DNA of 16,418 nt from Breznakia blatticola (GCF_004365815.1 NZ_SODD01000052.1:1-16418); one strand, 5' to 3'; counted from the first letter of the stretch, positions 7,572 to 14,813 are shown. Notes: generated from the letters alone by a model not told the origin. Program-made: numbers and translations.

Positions 7572-10112
7572 CTATTTTTTTAGTTCATTTAGAAACAACA
7601 AAGCTTCAATCGGTGTCATTTGTTCGACATTTGCCTGTTGTAATTTACGTAAGACTTCTGTTGCTTGATGATCTTCTTTAACCATCTCTTCTTGCATTTC
7701 TACATGTAAGTCAATTTCTTCTTTTTGCACGTTTGCTAATATTTGACTTGCTCGTTCAAGTAAACTATTTGGAAGTTTTGCAAGTCTAGCCACATTAACT
7801 CCATATGACTTATCTGCTTTTCCTGGTTTCATTTTGTATAAGAAGACAATCTCATCATCTTCTTCATCTACTGCAACTGTAATATTGCGAATACCATCAT
7901 AGGTATCTTCAAGTGAAGTTAGTTCATGATAGTGGGTAGAGAATAGTGTTTTTGCCTTGGTATGTTCATGTAAATACTCTAACATTGCATATGCTAAACT
8001 CATTCCATCATAAGTAGAAGTACCACGTCCAATTTCATCAAATAAAATCAGTGATGCATCGGTCGCATTTTGTAAAGCGTAATTTGCTTCCATCATTTCT
8101 ACCATGAATGTAGAATGACCACTCATGATATCATCACTTGCTCCAATACGCGTAAAGATCTTATCAAAGATTGGTAAGACACATTCTTTAGCAGGTACAT
8201 AACTTCCCATTTGTGCAAGAATTACCGTTAAGGCAACTTGACGCATAAAGGTTGATTTCCCACCCATGTTTGGTCCCGTGATAATCATAATGCTGTCATC
8301 CGCACTCATTTGTAAATCGTTAGTTACATAACGACTTTTCTTCATCATATCATTTAAAATTGGATGTGCATTTTCTACTAAGTGAATACGATTGTTGTTT
8401 TCAAAGACTGGACGAATGTATCCAGGTTTACTAGCAACTACACTTAAGGCATATAGCGCATCAATTTTCGCAATCGCACGTGCAAGTTGATGTATTTTTG
8501 GTAAGTATAAACGAATTTCATCAATCAACATTTGGTAAAGTTCATATTCACGACGTACACTTTTTTCTTTGGCATGTAAGATTTTATCTTCTAAATCTTT
8601 TAGTTCTTCACTAACAAAACGTTCTGCATTGGTTAGTGTTTGTTTACGTGTATAACCAAAATCATCTTTTAGTTTACTTAGATTTGCACTACTTACTTCA
8701 ATGTAGTAACCAAATACGCGGTTGTATCCAACTTTTAATGAGTTGATTCCTGTTTGTTCTTTTTCACGTAATTCCAAATCCAAAATGTACTGATTGGCTT
8801 CATTTTGAATCTTGCGATATTCATCAAGTTGACTATCATAACCATCCACAAAGATATGTCCATCTTTTGGATTATTACTCGCATCTTCCAACATGATTCC
8901 ATCTAGTTTTAGCGTTAAATCCACACAAGCATCCACTTGCACTTCTTGAATCATTTGCTTACAACCATTAAAGACTTCCAAAATTCTAGGAGCTGCAACT
9001 AATGTTGAAGTTAGACGACGAACATCTTGTGGGTTGGCATTACCATAAGCAATCTTTGCCCCTAGACGGTCCAAGTCATATACATCACTCAACTCTTCTT
9101 TTAATTCATCTTTTAAAATAAAATTATCATTTAAATATCCAATCGCATCTAAACGTTGGTTGATTTTTCCTTCATCGATTAATGGATATGAAATCCATTG
9201 TTTTAAACAACGTGCACCTAGTGCCGTTTTCGTATGATTTAAAAACCCAAATAAAGTTTGTGACTTACTGTTAACACGTAGTGGTTGTAATAACTCTAAA
9301 TTGGCTTTTGTTGAGAAATCCATTTGTAGATATGCATCATCTTCAAGCATTTCTACTTTACCTAAATGCGACATTTCACGTTTTTGTGTTGCTTCTAAAT
9401 AGTTTGTTAGCATCGCAAAACTCGTTTTGATGTGTACATCTTGAACATCTAATAAATCTTCATATGTTGCTTTTAAAGTAAGATCTTCTTCATAGGAAAG
9501 TGTCATCGTTCCATATTCTTCTAAACGTTTTTTCACCTTGCTATCTAGACTTTCACTCACGACGATTTCTTTTACGTTCATCGATAGTAACGTCATCTGT
9601 AATGTTTGAAAATCACGGTCGATACTTTTAGCAAGAACTTGCCCACAAGTCATCTCACAAAAGCATAATGCATATCCATATTTAAAATCGTAAATGGTTG
9701 CAAGATATACACCACTTTGATTTTCATTTGCTTCTTCCATAATCGTTCCAGGTGTAACGATTTTTACAACATCTCGTTTTACAATCTTACCTGCACTAGC
9801 TTCTTCTAGTTGTTCCACGATGGCAATCTTGTATCCTTTTTGTGTTAGACGTTGAATGTACCCAGTTGCTGCATGGTAAGGAATACCACACATTGGGACT
9901 CTTTCTTCTACCCCTGCATTACGTCCTGTTAATACTAAATCAAGTTCTTTACTTGCAACAATTGCATCATCAAAGAACATTTCATAAAAATCTCCCAAAC
10001 GATAAAAAACAATACAGTCTTGAAGTCCTTTTTTCACTTCTAAGTATTGCATCATCATTGGTGTATATTTCTTTTCTTTCACTTGTTTTTTTGAATTTTC
10101 CATATGTGACAT
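7572..10112 (-). CDS. mutS: DNA mismatch repair protein MutS
   Basis: 846 aa. N-terminal mismatch-binding region (TPMMMQYLEVK...FYRLGDFYEMFFDDA). Walker A GPNMGGKST, plus DEIGRGTSTYDG and the STHYHEL motif. The start could be ATG 10112 or ATG 10103; neither has a clear SD. Confidence 0.95.
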   Translation of the reverse strand: MSHMENSKKQVKEKKYTPMMMQYLEVKKGLQDCIVFYRLGDFYEMFFDDAIVASKELDLVLTGRNAGVEERVPMCGIPYHAATGYIQRLTQKGYKIAIVEQLEEASAGKIVKRDVVKIVTPGTIMEEANENQSGVYLATIYDFKYGYALCFCEMTCGQVLAKSIDRDFQTLQMTLLSMNVKEIVVSESLDSKVKKRLEEYGTMTLSYEEDLTLKATYEDLLDVQDVHIKTSFAMLTNYLEATQKREMSHLGKVEMLEDDAYLQMDFSTKANLELLQPLRVNSKSQTLFGFLNHTKTALGARCLKQWISYPLIDEGKINQRLDAIGYLNDNFILKDELKEELSDVYDLDRLGAKIAYGNANPQDVRRLTSTLVAAPRILEVFNGCKQMIQEVQVDACVDLTLKLDGIMLEDASNNPKDGHIFVDGYDSQLDEYRKIQNEANQYILDLELREKEQTGINSLKVGYNRVFGYYIEVSSANLSKLKDDFGYTRKQTLTNAERFVSEELKDLEDKILHAKEKSVRREYELYQMLIDEIRLYLPKIHQLARAIAKIDALYALSVVASKPGYIRPVFENNNRIHLVENAHPILNDMMKKSRYVTNDLQMSADDSIMIITGPNMGGKSTFMRQVALTVILAQMGSYVPAKECVLPIFDKIFTRIGASDDIMSGHSTFMVEMMEANYALQNATDASLILFDEIGRGTSTYDGMSLAYAMLEYLHEHTKAKTLFSTHYHELTSLEDTYDGIRNITVAVDEEDDEIVFLYKMKPGKADKSYGVNVARLAKLPNSLLERASQILANVQKEEIDLHVEMQEEMVKEDHQATEVLRKLQQANVEQMTPIEALLFLNELKK

Positions 10113-10160
10113 TATACCATATTCTATGTCAACTAAAAATTTTTAGTTTGTCGATTATAT

Positions 10161-10192
10161 AAAAAGTGACCCTGTATCATTAGAGTCACTTT
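10161..10192 (-). terminator. Intrinsic terminator ending a short transcription unit just upstream of mutS
   Basis: Minus strand: AAAGUGACUCU / AGGGUCACUUU, an 11-bp stem with one G-U pair and an 8-nt loop, followed by UU AUAUAAU. The U-run is partly shared with the stem base. Confidence 0.5.
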
Positions 10193-10337
10193 CATACCAA
10201 CCTCATAAACTTATTCATGATTCCTTCGTGTGTGTGGAAGATAGAGGAGGTTGGCGATATCCCCATTAGTTACCTAACAAGAAATATATCATATTACCAC
10301 CAGCCTAAAGGTATCATCGTCTACACAAATTATAACA
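10193..10337 (-). ncRNA. Candidate small RNA or mutS leader (unclassified)
   Basis: Extended -10 TGtTATAAT (rc of 10329-10337) lies about 130 nt upstream of the 10161-10192 terminator. No ORF with a credible RBS is present. Internal helix CCAACCUC(10249-10242)/GAGGUUGG(10205-10198). Contains CCUCCUCUAUCUUCCACACACAC. No known RNA family recognised. Confidence 0.3.
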
Positions 10338-10351
10338 CTCTATAATTAAAT

Positions 10352-10461
10352 AATCCTTTATTTCCACTGATTCATATAGTGCCTATAAAGTATATAAAAA
10401 AGACTATCGTTTCCGACAGTCCATGATTCATTAATCTTCTACGTAAGGTAGTGAACCCATT
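10352..10461. repeat. Direct repeat, left copy: relic of the rpsR 3' end plus terminator
   Basis: 110 bp aligning without gaps at an offset of 1363 bp to 11715-11824. There are 8 mismatches (10356, 10366-10368, 10378, 10420, 10453, 10456). On the minus strand it encodes ...GSLPYVED*, compared with the true rpsR end ...ALLPYVED*. Confidence 0.9.
10396..10421 (-). terminator. Terminator inside the left repeat; serves the three-gene cassette
   Basis: Minus strand: GACUGUCG-gaaa-CGAUAGUC (one G-U pair) followed by 6 U (plus-strand A run 10396-10401). Confidence 0.65.
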
Positions 10462-10512
10462 CTCCATTGTTCATAATATCACTCATTTTTTAATGAAGGA
10501 TAGTCCTACAAT

Positions 10513-10848
10513 TCATTCATCAGCAGTTGACGTTTTCCTCCAACAAATCGTATTCGCTAAAATTCCTACGATTACTATTATTCCGAATAATCCCCACGGA
10601 ATAATCCAAGAAATAGCCAAGGGCATTTCAAAGCGATTCAATGTTGCTACAGTCAAAATTACAGAAATAATGCTTGTGCCACCGCCCACAACGCGACAAA
10701 GTCTTTTTGCATTATATTTTTGCTTTTTTTCTTTGCTTAGCATATTGTATCCTGCAATTAAGAAACCACCTTTTCCCATTAGTAGAATAAAAGATATTAT
10801 AACGAGTATGACGACAAGTACCCAGCTTATCCAAAGTTGATCATTCAT
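10513..10848 (-). CDS. Small multi-pass membrane protein, resembling the DUF3784 family (LIAGYN motif)
   Basis: 111 aa with three hydrophobic segments. GKGGFLIAGYNMLSKEKKQKYNAKRLCR matches, from my memory, the AGYN(T)MSKEEKxKYD signature of DUF3784 proteins. AGGA lies about 9 nt upstream of the ATG. Confidence 0.7.
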   Translation of the reverse strand: MNDQLWISWVLVVILVIISFILLMGKGGFLIAGYNMLSKEKKQKYNAKRLCRVVGGGTSIISVILTVATLNRFEMPLAISWIIPWGLFGIIVIVGILANTICWRKTSTADE

Positions 10849-10862
10849 TTTTTTATATCCTA

Positions 10863-11306
10863 CTATTCTTCATTTTCATGCTTAGCATTATGCTTTATTT
10901 TTAGTATATAGGCAAGAAACACAACCATGAACAATATACCATAAATAATGCCTAATGCGCCATCAGTAATTTTTCCACTAGCAACTATCCTTACTTCTTC
11001 GATCACTAAATCGTAAATACAAGCTATGAGAGCAACAAAACCGAACAAACCAGAAAAGTATATCAAGTATTTTTGTTTTCTTTCTGTCAATGGGTATATG
11101 TCATAATAGATAAACTCGATACTGCACAACACGACAACGAGAAGGATAATTGTTAATTCTGCCCATTTGCCTGACGCCCACTCTATTCCACACGAATACA
11201 GTAGTGCGTTGATCAACAATAAGCCTACAAGCGAAAATAAGCCATGCTTAAATACATTTCCTCTTTTCAATAATTGGAGTTCATCCAAATGCTTTATTTC
11301 TTTCAT
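10863..11306 (-). CDS. Multi-pass membrane protein of unknown function
   Basis: 147 aa with about 4 predicted TM helices. GGGAGGA SD lies 7 nt upstream of the ATG at 11306, embedded in the end of the upstream XRE gene, so the two are probably co-transcribed. Confidence 0.75.
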   Translation of the reverse strand: MKEIKHLDELQLLKRGNVFKHGLFSLVGLLLINALLYSCGIEWASGKWAELTIILLVVVLCSIEFIYYDIYPLTERKQKYLIYFSGLFGFVALIACIYDLVIEEVRIVASGKITDGALGIIYGILFMVVFLAYILKIKHNAKHENEE

Positions 11307-11309
11307 TCT

Positions 11310-11507
11310 TTAATCCTCCCAAAATAATTCATCTAAGGTTTTCCCTAAGACCTTACAAATGTCAATGCAGAGTTTTACGGACGGATAATAGTCGCCTTTT
11401 TCAATAGCGTTCATTGTCTGTCGACTAACACCAATAGCTTCCGCTAAATCTTTTTGCGTCATATCAAGTGCAGCTCGTGCCGCTTTTACTTTTAGATTTT
11501 TTGCCAC
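11310..11507 (-). CDS. XRE-family helix-turn-helix transcriptional regulator
   Basis: The HTH core MTQKDLAEAIGVSRQTMNAIEKGDYYPSVKLCIDICKVLGKTLDELF is typical of small Cro/CI-type regulators. The track ORF extends to a TTG at 11531, but that codon directly abuts AAGGAG with zero spacing. GTG 11507, downstream of AAAGGTGGG, gives a family-typical protein of about 65 aa. The start remains uncertain. Confidence 0.8.
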   Translation of the reverse strand: MAKNLKVKAARAALDMTQKDLAEAIGVSRQTMNAIEKGDYYPSVKLCIDICKVLGKTLDELFWED

Positions 11508-11564
11508 AATGTGATCATTCCCACCTTTCAAACTCCTTAGTTTTTCGTTGATTACTACACATGA

Positions 11565-11605
11565 AGCATATCATATATAAAATATCGTGTCAAATAACTT
11601 TGACA
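11565..11605 (-). promoter_or_regulatory. Cassette promoter with a palindromic operator overlapping the -35
   Basis: TTGACA (rc of 11588-11593), 17-nt spacer, TATGCT (rc of 11565-11570). A perfect inverted repeat TGTCAAA-taac-TTTGACA spans 11588-11605 and is the likely binding site for the adjacent XRE repressor. Confidence 0.5.
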
Positions 11606-11714
11606 TTTATTAAAAATATATTTACATAATAGTTAAAATATTTTACTTTGTTTCTAATAAGGGCTATATGTCTTTTTGAAATTATAGGTTTTACTTATAA
11701 AAAAACAGCGTTAG

Positions 11715-11824
11715 AATCTTTTATTTCCGTCGATTCATATGGTGCCTATAAAGTATATAAAAAAGACTATCGTTTCCGACAGCCCATGATTCATTAATCT
11801 TCTACGTAAGGTAGTAAAGCCATT
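11715..11824. repeat. Direct repeat, right copy: functional rpsR 3' end plus terminator
   Basis: Partner of 10352-10461, with 102 of 110 positions identical. It covers the last 31 nt of rpsR (11794-11824) and 79 nt downstream of it. Confidence 0.9.
11759..11784 (-). terminator. rpsF-ssb-rpsR operon terminator
   Basis: Minus strand: GGCUGUCG-gaaa-CGAUAGUC followed by UUUUUU, about 10 nt after the rpsR stop. Confidence 0.65.
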
Positions 11825-12024
11825 TGGCGTGCGCGTTTAATTGCAGTAGCCAACATTCTTTGGTATTTCGCTTTTGTTCCTGTAACACGTCTAGGAATGA
11901 TTTTCCCGTTAGCTGAAATAAAGCGTCTTAACAATTCAACATCTTTGTAGTCGATTGTTTCAATTTTGTTTTTTGTAAAATAACAGATTTTTTTACGTCC
12001 AACTCTTTGTTTTTTAAAAGCCAT
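11794..12024 (-). CDS. rpsR: 30S ribosomal protein S18
   Basis: 76 aa. The stretch [60 protein letters not shown] is canonical S18. It is the last gene in the rpsF-ssb-rpsR order. Confidence 0.95.
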   Translation of the reverse strand: MAFKKQRVGRKKICYFTKNKIETIDYKDVELLRRFISANGKIIPRRVTGTKAKYQRMLATAIKRARQMALLPYVED

Positions 12025-12040
12025 GATGTACTCCTTTCAC

Positions 12041-12505
12041 TTAAAATGGTAGATCATCACTTGCAATGTCTAATGTGTTTTCAAAGTCGTCTGCAACTGA
12101 TGATTGATTTTGATTAAAATCGTTTTGTGCAAACCCAGTTTGTGGTTGGTTTTGCGGAACATAAGGTTGTGCATGTGTTTGTGTACTTGCTCCCCTTGAT
12201 TCTAAGAAATCAAAGTTTTCAACCGTTACGTCTGTAGTATATACCGTTTTTCCATCTTGCCCTTGGTAAGAACCAGTCGTAATACGACCTTCTACACCAA
12301 TTAATGAACCTTTAGCTAAGTATTGGCTCATTACGTCTGCTTGTTTTCCCCATGCTGTACATGAAATAAAATCTGCATCCGGTTGTCCTTCTTGTTTGAA
12401 GCGACGGTTTACAGCAAGTGTAAAACGTACTACTGAAGTTCCAGATTGTGTTTTTCTTAGTTCTAAGTCTTTGGTAATTCTACCAGTTAATAAAACTTTA
12501 TTCAT
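12041..12505 (-). CDS. ssb: Single-stranded DNA-binding protein
   Basis: 154 aa. OB-fold N-terminus (MNKVLLTGRITKDLELRKTQSGTSVVRFTLAVNR...). Gln/Pro-rich disordered linker, then the acidic tip ...LDIASDDLPF. Confidence 0.95.
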   Translation of the reverse strand: MNKVLLTGRITKDLELRKTQSGTSVVRFTLAVNRRFKQEGQPDADFISCTAWGKQADVMSQYLAKGSLIGVEGRITTGSYQGQDGKTVYTTDVTVENFDFLESRGASTQTHAQPYVPQNQPQTGFAQNDFNQNQSSVADDFENTLDIASDDLPF

Positions 12506-12519
12506 AATCTGTTCCCTTC

Positions 12520-12813
12520 CTATTTCTCTTCATCAGTTTTTACGACTAAGAAACGAATTACATTAGAGTTAATGCGTGTTAAACGGTTGAACTCTGCGAT
12601 CGCTTCGTTTCCAGCTGTAACGTTAATTACATAGTAGAAACCTTTCGTCATGTGATTGATTTCATACGCGAACTCTCTGCTTCCCCATTCGTCAACTTTG
12701 TCAATGGTAGCACCGTTGTCAGTTAATGTTTTGTGAACTGATTCAACAACTTGTGCTCTAGCAGCATCATCTAATGATGCGTTCACGATGTACATAATCT
12801 CATATTTTCTCAT
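12520..12813 (-). CDS. rpsF: 30S ribosomal protein S6
   Basis: MRKYEIMYIVNASLDD... is canonical S6. The track ORF begins at a GTG at 12822, but GAAGGAGGTG lies 6 nt upstream of the ATG at 12813. Confidence 0.93.
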   Translation of the reverse strand: MRKYEIMYIVNASLDDAARAQVVESVHKTLTDNGATIDKVDEWGSREFAYEINHMTKGFYYVINVTAGNEAIAEFNRLTRINSNVIRFLVVKTDEEK

Positions 12814-12822
12814 TTTGTACAC

Positions 12823-12895
12823 CTCCTTCTGGTCTATTGGTTATCTTTTGACAAGATAACAAGGAGTAATCGAAATTACTCGCTAAGTAATGATA
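12823..12895 (-). promoter_or_regulatory. rpsF promoter and structured 5' UTR (possible S6:S18 autoregulatory leader)
   Basis: Candidate TATCAT -10 (rc of 12890-12895) with a weak TTGTTT -35 17 nt upstream. Two leader hairpins: GAGUAAU-uucg-AUUACUC (12881-12864) and GUUAUCUU-gucaa-AAGAUAAC (12860-12840). An S6:S18-binding rpsF leader is described in the literature, but I cannot verify consensus conformity by eye. Confidence 0.4.
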
Positions 12896-12998
12896 GCATT
12901 AAAAACCCTAAAAAACAAGGTTTTTATCAATTATTACTCGTCAATTACTGACGTTAATTTTGCATATACCGCATAACAACCATTCATTTTCAGTACCT

Positions 12999-13994
12999 TC
13001 AAAATGGCAAATCATCTTCAGATGACCACACACCATAATGCATTAGTTCATTCCCAAAATATATTGTAATTCTATACTCTCCAATTTTATTAATTAATTC
13101 TGTTAAACTACTTAGATCCAATTTATATCCGCACTTTTTTTCCACAATCATACATTTCCATTTCTTTGAGAAATTACCAATCTTCATATCAAAAGTTATT
13201 TCTGTGTTTCTTGCTTCAAAAGGATTTTCGATATTCATCAACACATCTACATCACTTAACGATACTCTTTTTACATAAGCTCTATCACTCATATTAAATA
13301 ACTCAAAACTGTTATTTATCGCAATTTTATTTTTGTATCTATCTAGAATTTTTTCGTCCTTCAAGAAGTTCACGAGTGTTGTGTAATCGGCATCAGATCT
13401 ACACCATATGTAATCCAAATAATCAAGTGATAATCTATGCGGAACAACAACCTCAGCATGTCTATGCTTTTTAATTTGATTCTTATCCTCATCCGGATTA
13501 ATTGCCCCATCATGATAAACTTTTTCAAAATCAATTCTCTTAAATTCTTCCAATGTAGACTGTAGATACATCTCTTTTGTTGCAAGCGATGTTCCAGAAA
13601 ATCTTACGTTCTCTTGAGCCAGTACATTCAAAGAGCGGAATACAAGAAATATTGGAACTGGAATATGCGCGCCTGTAAATTGTCGGCAGCTAATTGGCTT
13701 AAAACCCTCATTTATATATTGAGTTGGTGTCTTTGGACGAAAATATAATCGAACATATTTTGTGACTTCTTGATCCGTATTACTTATAACCTCTTCACTT
13801 GCATTCTCGTTTATCATTAGTTGATTTTCTTTACAATAATCCCTTGAGTACAAATTTCCACATTTTAATATAGAAACAATATTATCAATATTTGAAAAGT
13901 GATATAAATACTTAACCCACCACCTTTTACTTTCAGGTAAATACTTGAAAGCATTTTCTTCTAATACCTTCTTTATCTCATCTCTATCATCCAT
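12999..13994 (-). CDS. darT: DarT-like (DUF4433) ssDNA ADP-ribosyltransferase toxin with an extra ~110-aa C-terminal domain ending in an SSB-tail-like DDLPF
   Basis: DarT signature blocks: YLYHFSNIDNIVSILKCGNLYSR, YVRLYFRPKTPTQY, and HRHAEVVVPHRLSLDYLDYIWCRS (putative catalytic Glu in HAEVVV). The track ORF starts at 14009, but GGAG lies 7 nt upstream of the ATG at 13994 (MDDRDEIKK...). That start overlaps the upstream stop as ATGGATGA. The C-terminus is ...HYGVWSSEDDLPF*. Confidence 0.8.
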   Translation of the reverse strand: MDDRDEIKKVLEENAFKYLPESKRWWVKYLYHFSNIDNIVSILKCGNLYSRDYCKENQLMINENASEEVISNTDQEVTKYVRLYFRPKTPTQYINEGFKPISCRQFTGAHIPVPIFLVFRSLNVLAQENVRFSGTSLATKEMYLQSTLEEFKRIDFEKVYHDGAINPDEDKNQIKKHRHAEVVVPHRLSLDYLDYIWCRSDADYTTLVNFLKDEKILDRYKNKIAINNSFELFNMSDRAYVKRVSLSDVDVLMNIENPFEARNTEITFDMKIGNFSKKWKCMIVEKKCGYKLDLSSLTELINKIGEYRITIYFGNELMHYGVWSSEDDLPF

Positions 13995-14790
13995 TACATA
14001 TCTCCACATTCATAAAATCTTTTGACTGTGATGGAGTTATCTGGATAGCATCTATATATTTCTTCTTCTTAATACTAAACATTTTACAATGATCAATATT
14101 ATTTAAAACCTTTAATTTTTGAAGCACCACAGATTTAATTTCATAATCTTTAAAGTCAATATCATCTTCACTGACAAATCCTTTATTTGTAAGAGTTAAC
14201 CAAAAATGTTCCAGTTCATCTCTATTGTTCGCGAAAGTTTCACTGAACTTACTATTACTGTTTACAAAATAATCATAAAAGTTTGTAAACGAACTAATAT
14301 CAATATCATCAATAACAAGATTATTTTCAAGTTCATATTCTTTTGTGACGTCTATGTCTTTCTCATACACATAAATATCAATCGGCAAATTCGAAAGGTA
14401 GTTAATCATCATCTCTCGTACAATATTCCAATCTAAACCGCCATTGCCACACCCTAGTTTGGGAAATGCAATTGATGTTATGCCTTTCTCTTGATATGTA
14501 TCAACAAATTTTTCTAAACCTTTTTCAATATATTCATATTCAGATTTATTTCTCCAGTGTTTTTTTGTAGGAAAATTTAAAATCCATTTATCTGATTCCG
14601 TATATAAATACAGTTTCCCAATGTCAAACATGTTATTTTTACAAAAGTAATGGTACTTACTAAACATGTCTGGGTATTCTTTTTTAAATTTTGCAGCTAT
14701 GCCTTTACCCATAACTCCAACGGTATTTACTGTATTTACCAACACTTTTGCTGGAGAATTGAATAAATCACCTTGAACGAATGTTAACAT
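13987..14790 (-). CDS. darG: DarG-like macrodomain protein (putative ADP-ribosyl-DNA glycohydrolase antitoxin) with an uncharacterised C-terminal half
   Basis: MLTFVQGDLFNSPAKVLVNTVNTVGVMGKGIAAKFKKEYP, NFPTKKHWRNKS and SIAFPKLGCGNGGLDW match the DarG/TARG1-type macrodomain blocks, including the lysine in FPTK(K/R)HW. The track start TTG 14799 is replaced by ATG 14790, which lies downstream of GAAAGG. Confidence 0.8.
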   Translation of the reverse strand: MLTFVQGDLFNSPAKVLVNTVNTVGVMGKGIAAKFKKEYPDMFSKYHYFCKNNMFDIGKLYLYTESDKWILNFPTKKHWRNKSEYEYIEKGLEKFVDTYQEKGITSIAFPKLGCGNGGLDWNIVREMMINYLSNLPIDIYVYEKDIDVTKEYELENNLVIDDIDISSFTNFYDYFVNSNSKFSETFANNRDELEHFWLTLTNKGFVSEDDIDFKDYEIKSVVLQKLKVLNNIDHCKMFSIKKKKYIDAIQITPSQSKDFMNVEICNG

Positions 14791-14813
14791 ATATACCAAC
14801 CTTTCTTTTTTAT

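Noticed and set aside
10103-10125. Possible leaderless mutS mRNA: TGgTATAAT ends 7 nt before the second in-frame ATG (10103)
   Set aside because: The -10-like sequence overlaps the first ATG codon, the nearby TTGACA is only 10 nt away (wrong spacing), and there is no way to choose between the two starts without TSS data. It is kept as a note in the mutS feature only.
4798-10162. Plus-strand and alternate-frame ORFs within miaA, mutL and mutS (4798..5025, 4845..5042, 5034..5228, 5652..5882, 6329..6601, 7135..7317, 9842..10162)
   Set aside because: All are nested in or antisense to strongly supported housekeeping genes. Their translations are compositionally aberrant (F/L/H/Y-rich) and they lack RBSs.
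2061-10236. Recurrent short (CA)n/(GT)n tracts (e.g. 2063-2072, 4099-4108, 4284-4293, 10227-10236) as possible phase-variable simple-sequence repeats
   Set aside because: The tracts are only 4-5 dinucleotide units, shorter than typical contingency-locus repeats. They are better explained as part of the conserved GUGUGUG leader motif.
10265-10320. T-box-like GGUGGUA string and a 7-codon peptide MIPLGWW* with tandem Trp codons in the candidate RNA upstream of mutS
   Set aside because: There is no SD and no specifier/T-box architecture (the conserved ACCGCG-type 3' half is absent). Trp or tRNA attenuation control of mutS also makes no biological sense. It is most likely coincidental.
10451-10840. 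129-aa plus-strand ORF opposite the DUF3784-like gene
   Set aside because: The minus-strand frame gives a coherent three-TM protein with a family-like LIAGYN motif and an SD. The plus ORF starts inside the rpsR-relic repeat with no RBS.
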